A DNA stretch of 64,000 nt, from the NCBI GenBank assembly GCA_030141605.1, contig JAQGDQ010000151.1, forward strand, positions 429,611 through 493,610. The letters are read 5' to 3'. Below the pieces are notes generated by a model. That model made no database searches, was not told the DNA's origin, and saw only the letters and a list, made by a program, of their open reading frames with translations. Of this stretch, positions 38,841 to 52,931 are shown in pieces. Within the stretch, counting starts at the first letter, position 1; every line of letters begins with the position of its first letter. This DNA comes from Tubiluchus corallicola (Eukaryota; Animalia; Priapulida). A program made the translations under genes and the position numbers.

Positions 38841-41710
38841 GGTATAACAATTACACAATTTCAGAAGACAACAACAAAATACAAAGCATTTGAAGTAACA
38901 AATTACGAAACGAAAAGTATTAAGCATATTAGAAGTAAATAAACAATCGCATTGTATGCAGCAATAAGATGTTGCCATATCAGCATGAGACGCACAGATA
39001 ATTCGGGGGGGGGGGTCAAAGAACTTTCTAGGCTAACTGTTTCACGACCTCGTCAATGGTTAACCGAGTTGACGGAATTCTTAGAATTAGAACGAAATCA
39101 CTAATGCCAACCTGTAGATGGACTTTAATGAATAAAAACAAAATCAGACTGGTATCTGCATGTACATACACTTCTGTTACGTAACGTTGTCTATGCTTTT
39201 AAGCCGTCTGGACAGCCTATTAAGAGTGGGACAGATTTACCAGAACGATCAAGTAGCATTCACGTATTTGCAACCTTGAATTCGTCACGACCACCCCTTC
39301 CTATGAACACGAAAAGCAATAAAGAAAAAACGGACCGCACACGCAAATCGACGAAGCACCTTATACACGAAAACACTCATAATTATACCTAGATTTTTCT
39401 GTTGTACAGGTTGTTATGTGAAAGCCACATAGTGATCGCAGGCGAAAGGATATGTAATTGCGATAATTGTAACTTTTTCTGCTACTTTCACTGTCACGCT
39501 GAAAACTGGGTCAATGTTCGAATACTAGACCAGCGACATTGCCGACACTAACTTGAAGAGACGTTTTTGTTTGCATAATTTGATTACTTCATACAGGAAC
39601 GTCGAGTGAGGCGCCTCCCGCTGCATACTAAATAACTACACAAAGTAAATAAAAGATTTGTAGATTAATAATCTGCCTTGTGCTATTAACTGCTCTGTGA
39701 CAATAATTCTGTCAATCCCGTTGCCAGTCATGAGAAGCAAAAATGTTTTCGAAGATTATTCGTGGGTCTTGCAAATTTTAACAGCTGCTAATATTCAAGT
39801 AAATAGTAACTAGTAAATAGTAGTAAAAAGTAAACAAGGTGAAGTAAACTTGAAATTGAGTTGACTGAGATCAAATATTTGACAATTGTTTGCGTCTTCT
39901 TCATTTTTATAATCGGTTTTTCGCGATCTTCGTAAAAATACTGACGACCAATTATTTCACAGCATTAAAGCATAAACATACACAATTTCCACTTTTCACT
40001 CTAGGGTTAAACTTAGGAAACTTAAACTTAAACTTTACAATATCTAAAATAAAGCGTAATTTTAGTCGCATCGTCATCATTCTTTCTTATTCTGTTTTTC
40101 CAAAATTTACTTGCTGAAAATATCCAATCTTTAACAGTATTTTTCTATTCTTAACAGTAATTTTAATGCTGCTACGAGAGCTTTCGATGTACAAACTGGT
40201 TCAATAAAAAACACATTTCTATTTATGAGAACGTTGAATCATCGTTATTTTTCTCACTATTTTCTTCATCTAATAATTTCACGGTCAGTGACGGACTGAC
40301 ACAGTTTCTCTTGTTGCCGTGTTTCCTTAGCGGTCTATTTAATGATAATTCTATTATCACTAAATACAGGTACTTCAAAGCAATCATAGACAGCTGTGAT
40401 TAAATTCACTCTAAAGAATTTAGATTGGGACCCATTGTTACCCGCAATGTAAGCTTTTCCGCGTACAAGTTTTACATACAGGAGGGACCTTCAGTATATA
40501 TTGGCATTGATGTGGCCATTTTATATCTTACCCCCTCCCCCAATTATTTGTCGTTATCTATTTTGTAAAAACAAAACGCGAGGTTGTCTGTCTGTATGTC
40601 TGCGTAATGAATGGCTCATAACTGATAAATCAACTGCAAAGTTTGCATTTAACTGGTGAACATAACCGATTCAAGATTTCCATTTCACTAGTCTCACATT
40701 GAACATTGTTTCTATAAACAACATTCAACGTGCCTTATGTAAATGTTAGCTTTCATTTCACTTTTTCTAGATTTGAGTTCAGCTGTATAGGTTAAGGTTC
40801 GGCCAGTTTGAAAAAACAAAAAGAATGTGGGGTAATCAGAATTCGTGATAGCATTTAAAAAATTCAAAAGTTCAAAAAATTCACTTTTTTAAAAACTTAT
40901 AAGTGTGATAAGCAATGTGTATGAAACAAACACTATAATTATTCTGAAAGTCTCAAGTAAAATTTAAGAACAAATGTTCATCCTTCTTACTTAAATCATT
41001 CACTAGCTCGCGTTTTTAAATAATGCTATCTCAGTACATACAATTTTTATCCGGTGTGTCATGACTTTTAGTAATCGAAAACGCAGCAGTTCCAAACATG
41101 GCACCGCGACCACGAATGTCAAAAACGCGTATCGTCCATGTAGTTTTGCAGTAATGAACACAAAATAGTAAAAACTTCTTTATTGAAAACGTTATCAGTA
41201 AAATGGACTTGAGATAATTTTATACAATGATACATTGAAAATTATGATCATATTCACTTGCATTGAAGGCCTAGTTTAATCTACAATAAAACTTCAAAGA
41301 TTAAAAACTATCGTGTGTTGGATACCAATATTACCTACAAACCACCGAGAGACATTTGCGCTGCATGTAGTTCTTTTGTTGATATGGGAGAAGGAACATA
41401 GTTATGGTAAAGATTTAAGAATGGCTTAAAATTCAACCGTGGTTTCAACAAATAGACGGAGTTTAGTTATTTTTTATATCTGTGTGGCTGTTTTCCTTTA
41501 TTCTTTTTTATTGCCTGAAAATTAAAAAAATCTCATTCAAGCGTCGGGCCTTATTTCTCCTTTATTTACAACCTGCAACAACGAAAAGACTAAATTTGCG
41601 GTGCGCTAGAATTTAACGCGACTGAAGCCACTGAGGTAATGTTTAACACAGCACAAACTGTCTCTACAATTTTAGATATTTCCTTATTTCTCCTTTTTTC
41701 TCTCTCTCAA

Positions 41711-41751
<41 letters not shown>

Positions 41752-42261
41752 GTGTCTCCATATCTCTTTTTTTCTCAGAAACAGATCTAAATACAGTTAT
41801 TCAGTGTTATGAATGGATGTACAATAACTGACAACATAAATGATGGAGCCAATCTTTTACTTTATAAGTCATTGGATGCACCATTATGCAGCATCACATA
41901 CCCGAACAATTTTTACGGCTGGAGTCGTGACAGGTTATTACACCCGTCTTCCCCACACTTATTGTAGCAACATTTCTTCCATTTACATCAATTTGCATAG
42001 ATTACTACAATCCGACTTTGCTCAGTAAAAGTAGACGTAATTTTCTGATGAAAAAATTTGGAACATTGAAGGCACGCGCTGATGGGTGCTTTCACTGCGG
42101 CTTTGCCCACTTTGTAGTGGACGGTAGTTGTTTTTGCGATAACAAAAGCATGGCCTTCTGTCCCTGTTATCGCCGAGAGAGCGAGGAGAGGCGAGAAACG
42201 AAAATACCAGCAGCGAAAAAACGGGCTGTTCCGTAACGAGGTCAGACTAGACATGGAGGCG

Positions 42262-42343
42262 TATATATAGACAGCGTGACGAAGTGTCATAGTCAACGTG
42301 AGAGAGGCAGTTTGAACAGCAAGTGAAAGCTGACAAACCAAAG
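42262..42343 (+). promoter_or_regulatory. TATA box and probable non-coding first exon of secreted protein A
   Basis: TATATATAG at 42262, Inr-like TCATAGTC about 25-30 nt downstream, then AAG|gtattt donor at 42343/42344; the coding exon has an acceptor (ttatag) 5 nt before its ATG, so an upstream UTR exon is expected. Confidence 0.6.
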
Positions 42344-43111
42344 GTATTTATTGCATACATTATAACGCTTAATTATTGGACAAAGTTAGATTATTGGATT
42401 AGTTTTAACAACTGATAATTATAAATTAAATTCAAACATTGTAAATGTTTGCCATGTAAATTTACGTACTAAAATAAGTTAATTTAGTGATATAACTATT
42501 TTTTCTTTTTGAAAATTCTTATATTGTTGTGCTGATTATTTAGCTTTTCCTAAAAACTGTGGGACAGCAATTATTTTCACAGTTTTTAATCACTTCATCG
42601 AAATTGATAAGACTGCACATTATAAGGATGCTAAATAAGCGTCAGCATTAAAGCCGTAAACAACAAGGAAACTTCCAAAATGACGTTCGTAACTCTACGA
42701 CCAGAAAGTGCAGATATCACTAATTTAGAAGATGAACAATTACTGTGTAAAAGTTAACACACGCTAGAACATGCACTGTAACTTTAAGCATGAATAATCG
42801 GAAAGTATAGACCATACGTGACTAGTATGAGGCACTAATTTCAAAAACCTATCTCAGCTTGAAATACGAAAGTCGTAATTTTTTGTTTATGTAAGCTGAA
42901 TTATGAAAAAATAATGACATTTGGCACTTTTATTAATACCTACGGTGTCACCGATTACGTAGTGGTATTTAAATTTAAAAAAAGTTAATTATTAGCATTT
43001 TACATCATCCCTACTTAGAAGTTTGCATCAACTGTTAATCCTAAGTAATTTATCGTAATGGTTTTTGATAAAGCGCTTAAGTTGCAGCTTTTCTTTGTAT
43101 TTATAGGCATC

Positions 43112-44292
43112 ATGAGAGCAACATTGGCAATCCTCCTTTCCATGGTGGTCAGTGCTCTGGCCGAGGGTTATGGCCAGCAAGGTGGGCAACAGATTGTTCA
43201 GGCTCAGCAGTTTGTGCAGCAACAACAAGGCTACGGGGGAGCTCAGGTGCAGGCTAGCAGCGCACCAGAATACTTCACTACTACCCGGTATGGACCTATC
43301 AGCAGTGGTGGTCTGAGAGGAGAAGGAGATCGGTCAAGCAGCTTGACCTATACCAGACAAGGTAGCGCATCTGGTAGTCTGTTCAGCAGGGACCAGGCTG
43401 AGGCAACAGAAACTGCCAAGAAGACCAGAGGATATGAATACAGATACAGGTAGATTACTATACATACTAAACTTTTGAATACATCTATTTATGGTACTCG
43501 GAATGTCTCATTTTTGAAGACACATCATTGCTTCCTTTAGCTTGTTAGTTCAATAATAATTTTCATAAATGGCGACACCTACTAACGGCGTAGAAATAAT
43601 AGATTGCTAAATTACACATAACCTGATGATATCTATTGAAAAGAAAGGTAGAGCCTCATGACCGAACACCTTTTTAATAACAGATGTAGAAAAGTTAATA
43701 AGAGCTAAGTTCATTGTAACGTACGTCATAAAAAAGAAAGGTTACTAGCCATTACTGAATTTCAAGATATGTAGAATTTCGTTAATATGTTTATAAGAAT
43801 TGTTCATTTTTAAGAACAGAAAACTATGCATAGTATTAGTATTAGTATTAGTATTAGTATTAGTATTAGTATTAGTATTAGTATTAGTATTAGTATTAGT
43901 ATTAGTAGAGCACATCCCTCGCTAAAACAGAGTACGGCCCTGTTCTTGACTTCTCATTCTGGCTTGCAGTATTCAAACTATATAAAAAAATTCTGTTCCC
44001 TACAATTTTGTTGTCAGAATGTTCCGTAGTTCACGCCAGAATTTCAGTGTTCACTGTTGCATCTTAAATTTCCAATGTCATTTTTAGGGAAGGGCACAGT
44101 TACGAACAGCCAAAGACTCTGTATAACTACGACATCGAGGAACCCATTTGGGGATTCGCTGACGTCGACGTTGTTTATCGTGGTGAAGGTGGCGACGTCC
44201 CACGACAAGTTCAACCAGTTGTCCAAGTCCAACCAGTTGTCCAACAGGTCCAACGGGGATACGGTGGTGGACAAGCCCAGCGCGGCTACTAA
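43112..44292 (+). CDS. Secreted Gln/Gly/Tyr-rich protein A of unknown family; join(43112-43449,44088-44292), 180 aa
   Basis: Signal peptide MRATLAILLSMVVSALA; phase-2 intron AG|gtagat...tttttag|G; exon 2 reads EGHSYEQPKTLYNYDIEEPIWGFADVDVVYRGEGGDVPRQVQPVVQVQPVVQQVQRGYGGGQAQRGY*; 92-aa core is 83% identical to protein B with the same intron position. Confidence 0.92.
43831..43907. repeat. (TAGTAT)n microsatellite in the intron of protein A
   Basis: Direct inspection. Confidence 0.95.
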
Positions 44293-46272
44293 ATCTGAAA
44301 AACTGCTAATAAGGAATCATGAAGTGGGTTTGTTTGGTCCTGGTAGCATTTAGAATGATAAGGCAGCGAAAATCCAAGAAAAGCATTGCCAACATTTGCA
44401 CTTCTATGTGGCACATGTAATAGATTTAATGTACAATAGCAAACGTCCAAAATAGTGACCATTATTTTTACACCAGGTAGGCTTTTTCTGAAATTGCGCA
44501 CATCGACTAAAACAAAAATTTCCACATTTTCTCATTTGCTGTCCACAGCATCGCTTGTTTATTGCATTATTGGCAAAAGTCAGTAAAATTGGTATTACTG
44601 CAACTAACTGGCGATCGAAGCAAACCCACTTCGGGCGTTAACTGACCAAGGAAACCGACTGTTTCAGGGTAACATCGAAACAGTGGATTGAACCAAAAAA
44701 TACAAAGAAAATAGAGCTGCGAAAAGCAGATGGGAGGTAGTGCATCATACATTTTATTTTGTTTCTTTTGAATTTTTAGCTAGAGCAAACACCAAAAAGA
44801 GTGTCTTGGTCACTGGGAATATTTCTAAATTGTTTTTGTTTCTTGTATAAAATTATCTGGTGCTACAGTTACACGTTAATAGTTGCCAATGTTGCACATT
44901 TTAAAGAAAAAAAGCACTACCTACCCACAAAAATTAATAAACTATGATCTAATTACTATTACTAGTGTAAGTAGGAAATTAATGACGTCAAGCCAAGTTG
45001 CCGCTGTCGGCGTTTGTCGACGTCAGGGCCATCTATTGTTGGAGCAACGAACTTTGACGTTTGTAATATCATGATTGTAAATCTAGTATTTTGTGAATAT
45101 GGCCTCGTGTTGTCACAATTGCTTTACATTTATATATATATCTAAGATTTTACTCAGTCTGTGATGTTGACATTTTGTACGTTTTTATTGATTTTTTGTG
45201 TTTTGCATTAAAGATATTGTAAATAGCATTATACACTCGTATTTCTTTGATTTCTTCCTTCACTTCGCTATCTTGGTTGCATGTCCGTCTCCTGTCTATA
45301 ATGCCATTTCTGCTTAATTTTGCTATAAGACGCAAAACGCAAGCGCAAAGAATCAATTAAAATAAGATAAGAATTTTTATTTCACAATGCGTGGAAGCCA
45401 TTATATATAGTGATATATATATATATATACGAAGAAGCAAGCTATCTAGTCGTCCACCAGAGCATTTATTAAACAGTGATTCAAATTGAGCTACTCATTA
45501 TACAGCTGCATAAACTAGAATTCAATGAAGTTTTATACTAAGCATAAACAATTCTTTTAAGAAAAAATAACCATCAATTAAATCAAGTTCGCAAAAATAG
45601 TAAATAACAGTTATAGATATTTAGTAATAAGTATTTACAAACTAGACTGTTTGTGAGCTTACATATAAGTTTTATCTTCTGATATAACACACGCATAACA
45701 ACAAGTTTACGCACAACATAAGGTTGATGAGATCGCGAATATTTTGATAGTAAATAGTGTTTTTTTAACTTTTTTATACTAATGATGATTTAGTTCTTTA
45801 ATATTGCCATGTGTTTCGTTCCATGTTAAATGTTGTAGTTTACATAAATATATTGGTTCTACCGGGCGGCATAAAGCTATTACTTGCATATCTTGCTATG
45901 AATTTCACTGATTGGTTGTAGTCGAGTGTGTACTGACGCAGCCAGATTAGTTGACTGGTTTCTTAAGTTTTTTTTTTGATTTTGCATGAAATGCACATTG
46001 TAAGTCCATGGTTTCACGTGTATACAGAGCAGGCGTATTTCCACGCGTTGTCACGCTGAATAGAAAGTTGCAGGGTGCGCTGTCAAACTAGTCACATCAA
46101 TTCCCACGTTGTTGGTGCTGCCATCTGTGGGACAGGTAACGAAACGGGAAATGAGAGAAACGAGACGGTAAGACGAAATGCGCGAACATGAGTCATTTAT
46201 CTTAAAAAAACGCACACATTTTCATTTCCGCGATCACATAATGACAGTTGAAACAAGAAAACAAACAGTTAA

Positions 46273-46485
46273 AATTATTTAAAGATTCTAATTTATCTTA
46301 GGCGTGATTGGGAAATAATAATGAAGACCATGAATTGATGATGGATAATTTTTTGCTTAGAATAAAGGTTTTAAGATTAATTATTTAAAGATTGTAATTT
46401 TTTCATGGGCGTCATTGGAAATTAATAATGAAGACCATGAATTAATGATGGATAATTTTTTGCTTAAAATTAAAGTTTTTTAAAA
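46273..46485. repeat. About 106-bp AT-rich tandem duplication
   Basis: AATTATTTAAAGATT...ATGAAGACCATGAATT...GATAATTTTTTGCTTA occurs twice. Confidence 0.85.
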
Positions 46486-46929
46486 AGTTATAAAAGTTAT
46501 AAAAAGTTATAAAACTTAAAAGTTATAAATCGAAAAAGTATTCTAACCAGGATGCCTAATAATTACTATAGTATAGGTAAACGAAGCAAATGTTCGTCAT
46601 GATGCTCGACTTGCAAAAATCAGTCTTGACTTTTTTCGTATTTCCCACCTTTTAGTCGAGTTTGTCTTAAGAAAATGAATATTCTGGAATTTTTCTCATA
46701 TTCAAGCGTCGCCTGAAATGTAATTAGTGATGCGAGTGGTGGACTTTCCAATAATTCCGGATGAGTAAAATATGTAATCATCAAACATAAGATTATTTTG
46801 TCGTGATATTTGCCACAGAATATGTGATGTGCAACCACCTCATATTTTAAATCACGACCGGTGTGCGCAGTTATTGGACATTATGTTTGACAGTAGTACA
46901 TTCCACTAATGTGTTGTACATGTTTCGAA

Positions 46930-49270
46930 AAAGGAAATTAAAGTGCAGTGCTGTTGTACAACATTCAGCGTGATAATTTACGTTTAAATTTAAGTTTTAA
47001 GTTTGTCGATGTGCTAACGTATAAGCTCTCGTGCTACGTCACAAAAGAACGCCTCTGAACTGAGAGGTATGCTGTCTGTACAATGCATTTCCATCTGTGC
47101 AGACGAGGCGTCCACCAAACTAGTGAATGGGGAGAACGCGAACGTGAAATAAGAATTCTTTCACACAAGTCACTCTTAAGAAAAAAAAACAAGTGCATTC
47201 TCTTTCAGTGTTTTATACATTAGCTTATTTTAGCTGTAGTAAAAATTGGGTCCTGTTCTTCTTGATATAGATGACTAATTGTGTCGCTTTAAATATTTTA
47301 TTATAAGGCAAGCTAAAATACATCACAGCACAGCAATATCTAGTTCCGATGATACCAATATAAAAGGCATGCCTTATGTCTATAATGATAAAAAATAGTG
47401 GAAGTAAAGCAAGCGTTGCTATCCCATTGAAATGTTCAGTTACAAATATCGCAGGCACACTTTGTCAAGGCATCTGCACATAATGCTCAAGGATTTTTTT
47501 GTTTGACAAAATGTGCAACAAAGTCTGTGAGCTAATAAAATTTTACACACACGGGCATCGTGCTATCTTTTATTTACTGCCATAATGATGACGTTGCATT
47601 TTTACATGCGGCGGAAAATCCGATTTAACCTTTGCCAAATTCGAAGTTGCCAACATCGAAAATGCCAAAACTTTAAATTGTCATAATTTTGCAAATATTT
47701 AACATAGAACTGCAAAGTAAATCACCTAATTTTGCGAAAATTTAACTTAGAATTTTATGCAATATATTTCGAACGAAAATTTTAAATTATTTTTGAATAT
47801 TTGGATTTAGATCCGGCAGAAATCCAAGACGACTCTCATGCGCCTTATTCTCAAATATCCAATTTTGGTAAGGGATTTTTAATGGAATACTTGACATCAT
47901 TTTCAACCAAGATATTCATTTTCAATATTCATATTCATTTTCAACCATTTCTGAAATCAGCAATTTTTGCATTTAGATAAGTGAGAATTAAAGCATATCT
48001 ATTGCAATAACTTGGCAAATGACAATGTATGTTTCAATAATTCATTATCCCAAAACGGGGATGTCTCTAAACTAAGACTATGGATAATTCTATAAATTAA
48101 ACACGTACCTATAGTGAAATGTGCATACATGCATATGATCTTTGCTCAAGTAGCCTCCTGAACACAAGCACCAGCTTTAGTGCACTTGCAGCATCCACTA
48201 CACCATTTCTCACAGTGGCAGTGAATAAGTCTATGCAGGATTTTGACGCTTCTGAGAGGGTGGTCCACAGAGGCTGCCACTCAGTAGGTTTCTTTGTCGA
48301 ACCTAATATCAGATGTGTTTGGCATTGCTGGATTCAGGAAAAATACTTGATTCCAATACTTGGCCTGGTAGCAAGTGCTGCTTTAGACCTGCCTGTGTTG
48401 ATGGGATGTTCTCCACAGATCTTACTTTTTGTGTAAACAGCTGCTTTTGCTTCAAATACTCCTATGCTGCTTGTAGTATGGTCGTGGATTATCACAACAA
48501 ATATCTCTGGAAACGTGATTGATCCTTCAGAAATTCCATTTGGCGTATCTCTCAGTGAATGCATTTGATCCTTTTCGCCACCAGTGGCGAGCAAACAGAC
48601 ATCAATAAAAATTATCTGTCTGTGAGATCTACCACAGGATCAACTTGACTTCAGAACCACACCAAATAACAATTGATAAATTACATTTAAATTATCAGTG
48701 GAAAATGAATATCATTTTCTCCGAGGTGAGATGACCGAGAAGTAGGGCCAAAATTTCTAGCCTGTGTATCTGAAACAGCAATGCCAACCAGTGTAGGCTT
48801 CAACAGTTTATGTAACTAGCTTTTGTCATTTGGTGGCCCAGTAGGCTTTAATGATGTATTTTTGTGTGAAAAGAATCAGCTGATCAGCACCAGTTTGTTA
48901 AAGGAAAACCTAACCCAATGTTAAACAATCTACCCTATAAAATATTGAAAAAGAACATACTATTTTTCCAAGAATGACTCACATGAAATAATTGTTACCA
49001 GCGGCTAGTTCTTCGTTTGAGCAGCTAGTTCTTCACTGTATATGCACTACTTTGCCATTCGCTTCTTAGATCATGAGCACTAGCGCCTGCACCTTAGAAA
49101 AAACAAGTGCTGTACCTCTCAGTTCAGAGGTGTTAAGTTGTGATGCAGTACAAACGTTCGCAAGCTGATTTACAGCGGTAAATTTGAAATTTGAATTCTA
49201 AGCTTAAAATTTGACTAGTTTTTGTATGTCGCACTGAATGTTGTATAGTAGCATCGTACTACAATTTTCG
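46930..49270. mobile_element. Degenerate element bounded by long imperfect inverted repeats
   Basis: AACGCCTCTGAACTGAGAGGTA (47048-47069) vs TACCTCTCAGTTCAGAGGTGTT (49113-49134), and TACAACATTCAG (46957-46968) vs CTGAATGTTGTA (49234-49245), colinear in inverted orientation. Confidence 0.5.
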
Positions 49271-49579
49271 CTATGTTCAGTTGTCATGTCATCACTAGTT
49301 GAGCTCCCCCGCCGTTAATTAAGTTTTTAATGTACTATTTAATTATCAGAAACGTTTTGGCATAATCATAGGTATTAAAATGTATACATTTTAATATTTT
49401 TCAAAATGGGGTAGGATGTGAAAAATCATACTGTTTTAACAGTAACCAAATTAAGAACGTCGCCGTTCTTTCAGAGACAAAACCGCATCAGTGATGCGTC
49501 AGACGAAAACAACGCTATCAATAAGTACTTCGCATACACCTATCACTTGTATAAGTCAAAAATTAGTTTAGTTTAAACT

Positions 49580-50745
49580 TTATTTATTTATAGCGAATTT
49601 ACAAAACAGACTGCGTATCTCCACAGTGCAAGTGCTGAATGCAAAGTGCTAATAAAAAAATAATTGGCATCACAACTAATAATATCACAACACTCGGTTC
49701 GATAAAACATTTGACTCAATTACAGTTAACAGATGGTAAATAAACTTACATACACGAACACAGTATAAACACAATATTTTAATAACAACAGTATTAATAA
49801 AAATACATTTACAAAATAAGTTGGCTGATTAATCATTTAACAGTAAATTCTATTGTATCGTGTATTGTATCGATTAAAAGGTTGATTTAAGAAACTGCTG
49901 TAATAACTGTGGATAATAAAGCAAGATGGGGGACCAGTTTTGAATTTTTTGTAATATGTTTCTGTATAATACTACAGGATTATAATTTTGTAAGGATTCA
50001 CGTATTACAATCTGGTGGTCGAGTAGGTCGTCTAATAATGCCGTTCTAGCTGTATCATATTTTACGCATTCGAAAAAGTAATAGTAAGAACTTTTGGGGT
50101 CGTCAATTAAGTTTCTAATAAAAATTTCATCTTTTAGCTGAGAAATTTTTTTAATACATCTATTTCTAAACATTTCGTTAGTCCGACCATTATTGTATCG
50201 AGGGCATAATATATTTGTGGGAAGATTCCAAAAGGCAAGCATTTTTATTTTTGAACGAAATTTTGGAAGTATATGTTCCTCTAAAATCTTTGGGCAAAGA
50301 GTTCCAAATTCTTGTGCCTTTTTGAAAAAAAAAAGTTATACAATTGTCTTGTAGGTTTTAGACAAGATGGGTCACGGGTGGGATAATATTCTACACTTAC
50401 GCGAAATTTATTACTTCATTTAAGTAGTCTGGAGCGGGGTGATAAAACAGGTTTTGGATTGTTTGAACAATAAGAAATTCATTCCTGGCTTTTAAAGAGG
50501 TAAGATCGAGTAATTGATTAAGGTTTATTTGGCTGCTGCCTTTGATAGCACCCGATATTATTAGCATAGCACGGTACTGAATTCTTTCTATTTTCAAAAA
50601 ATTTGCTATTGCGCAATTTGACCAAATTACAATCCCGTATTCAATTATTGGTCTTGCAAATGCTTTATAAAAATTGCCATATTATACGTAGCTGGTTTGA
50701 ATTTGAGTAAATAAAGTGAATGAAGTATTTTGTTGGCTTTTTGTA
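49580..50745 (-). mobile_element. Degenerate 5'-truncated non-LTR retrotransposon (CR1/L2-like LINE, RT C-terminal region)
   Basis: Broken frames read FYKAFARPIIEYGIVIWSNC...KIERIQYRAMLIISG, RIWNSLPKDF, and a degenerate zinc-knuckle YYFFEC; ends in an (TAAA)n-like tail near 49580. Confidence 0.8.
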
Positions 50746-50759
50746 CATCTTGCTTATTG

Positions 50760-51967
50760 AAACTCATAGACTGGATCGTCCTCAATAAATTTCGAGACAA
50801 TCTTAAAGCTGTGATTTGCAATATGCCTACATGAAAAGTTGCTCAACAGATCTTTGTACATTAATATTGAAAGAACCTGTAAACTATTATATGGTCAAAA
50901 ATTCGCCCGTGTATTGCTGCCTCATCGACTTTTCAAAAGCCTTTTGTCGCGTAAACATTGCAAAGCTGATTTCAAAACTGAAAGAAAACTGTAATCTTCC
51001 AAACTATGTTCTTGCTTTAATGTTAAGTACTTACTTAAATCAAAATGTATCTATTCAGTGGAACAATACTAAGTCATTCTCTTTTTTGACAACCAATGGA
51101 ATACGCCAAAATAGTATTCTGCCTGGAATTTTGTTAACCATATAAATAGATGACTTGCTTATGTCTCTTGGTAGGCGCAATATTGGATGCCACTTGCTGA
51201 ATAGTTACACTGGAGCTCTGGGGTATGTGGATGATGTAACCCTGCTGGCACTGCCTTAAATCAATGCTCAGTGTCATGATTCTTAACTCCAGGAAAACAA
51301 AGTGCGTTTTATTTACTAACATTTAGAACTTAATTAACTTACCTACAGTCATAGCTAATATACAGCGTTAAATTGGACCGATGAAGTGAGTTACCTGGGT
51401 CACAAACTAACATCAAACCTTAATGAAATTACTGATGTTGTAAGATGTAAAAAAGATTTTATTTCGTCTGTTAACGCTATTTTGTGTTCTTTAAGTCAGT
51501 GACAGATAACGATTTAACGATTTACCAAAGAACTGTAAGTCGAAGTTATTTACTGACAATAGAAAAGCATTGAGACGAATCTCAAACTTGCCCAGAAATT
51601 CTCATTCCAGCATGACACTGTGCATTGCTGATACAAATCCTCTAGATATACTCTTCCATAAGCGAATTTTAAAGTTCTATTGTAGCACAAATTTATCTGT
51701 TAATCCAGTTCTTTGCTCCATTGGCTGTGTTAAATAACAATACCAGCCGTACTTGAACCACCATACTTATGCTTATAGACCTGTCAACATAATAGCGGCA
51801 TTCTGTTCTGAACTTTGCATAATGAATATGTAATTGAAGGTTTCACAGTTAATTATATTAATGAAATGTTGTATTCGCTACTAACAACATAATGTATATA
51901 CCAATGTAAATAACACTACTTACCCTATTATATTACATGTAATGCAATCATTATTTGTGAATAAAGA

Positions 51968-51970
<3 letters not shown>
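50760..51970 (+). mobile_element. Degenerate LINE reverse transcriptase fragment
   Basis: STDLCT..VYCCLIDFSKAF, NGIRQ, IDDLL, GYVDDVTLL (YxDD), YLGH motifs across frameshifts and stops; ends AATAAA then (TA)n at about 51960-52007. Confidence 0.85.
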
Positions 51971-52013
<43 letters not shown>

Positions 52014-52931
52014 CATGGAAGTTCCATTTAAGCACAGAATTGAATATTAATCCCAGATGTTTGACTGAATTAACCACTTCAACTTCAGAATTGCCGAAAA
52101 CTACCCCATTTAGTCCGATGGTAATCTTTTACGTGAATAAAAAATTGTTAAGTGAACAAGTCAGAAATTGTTAAGTTTAAATTTTGATTCATGCTTAGCA
52201 ATTACTATCAAAGCAACAGAAACAAGGCAGAAGTTTCCAAGTGAACAAGATTTACACGAACATTTGATGACGGCAGTTGATATTGCTCGTAGTAATAACT
52301 CATCCTTAATGAGGTGTCTGGATAGTCTACGAGATGGTTGTGCATAGGAGACGATTCGAAGAGAGTAAAGTGATAGCTAAAAATTCAGTAATAACTAGCG
52401 ATAAATTGAAAAGAGTTGCTTACTGTAAATTTAACCCGAGTTTGAAAAAAACCTGAAATACCATGTTCCATTCCAGAGTTTCCCCATAATCTCAATGATA
52501 TTATGAAAACAGGTAAGATGCGTCGGTGAGACGCGACACCATCGACTGTGCAGATGTGGAGAAGTACAAACTGAAGAACAAGTGATCTCGTCCTGTACAT
52601 TCGCTCGTGATATAAGACTCTCTTACTCTAGGGTGAATTTTGAAACGTTGTTAGATTGTTTTAGCAATGAAGACTGCTTTGCAATTTGTTTAGAGTGTTT
52701 CAAATAGGTTATAGTCATAGTCTGTGATGTAATGTTAATTTAGCCGACAGTAGTGATATTCAATTATCAAAAGCATTATAAGGAATAAAATGTATATTGT
52801 GCATCACATATCAAAATGAAAAATCGTGTTTTCCTTTAAATGGCCATAAAACAGTGAAAAAATTATAATGCTTGCTACAGCTACCGCTGAAGGCAGCAGT
52901 TGTCACAAACATTCCTAGATGACGTAAGCAC

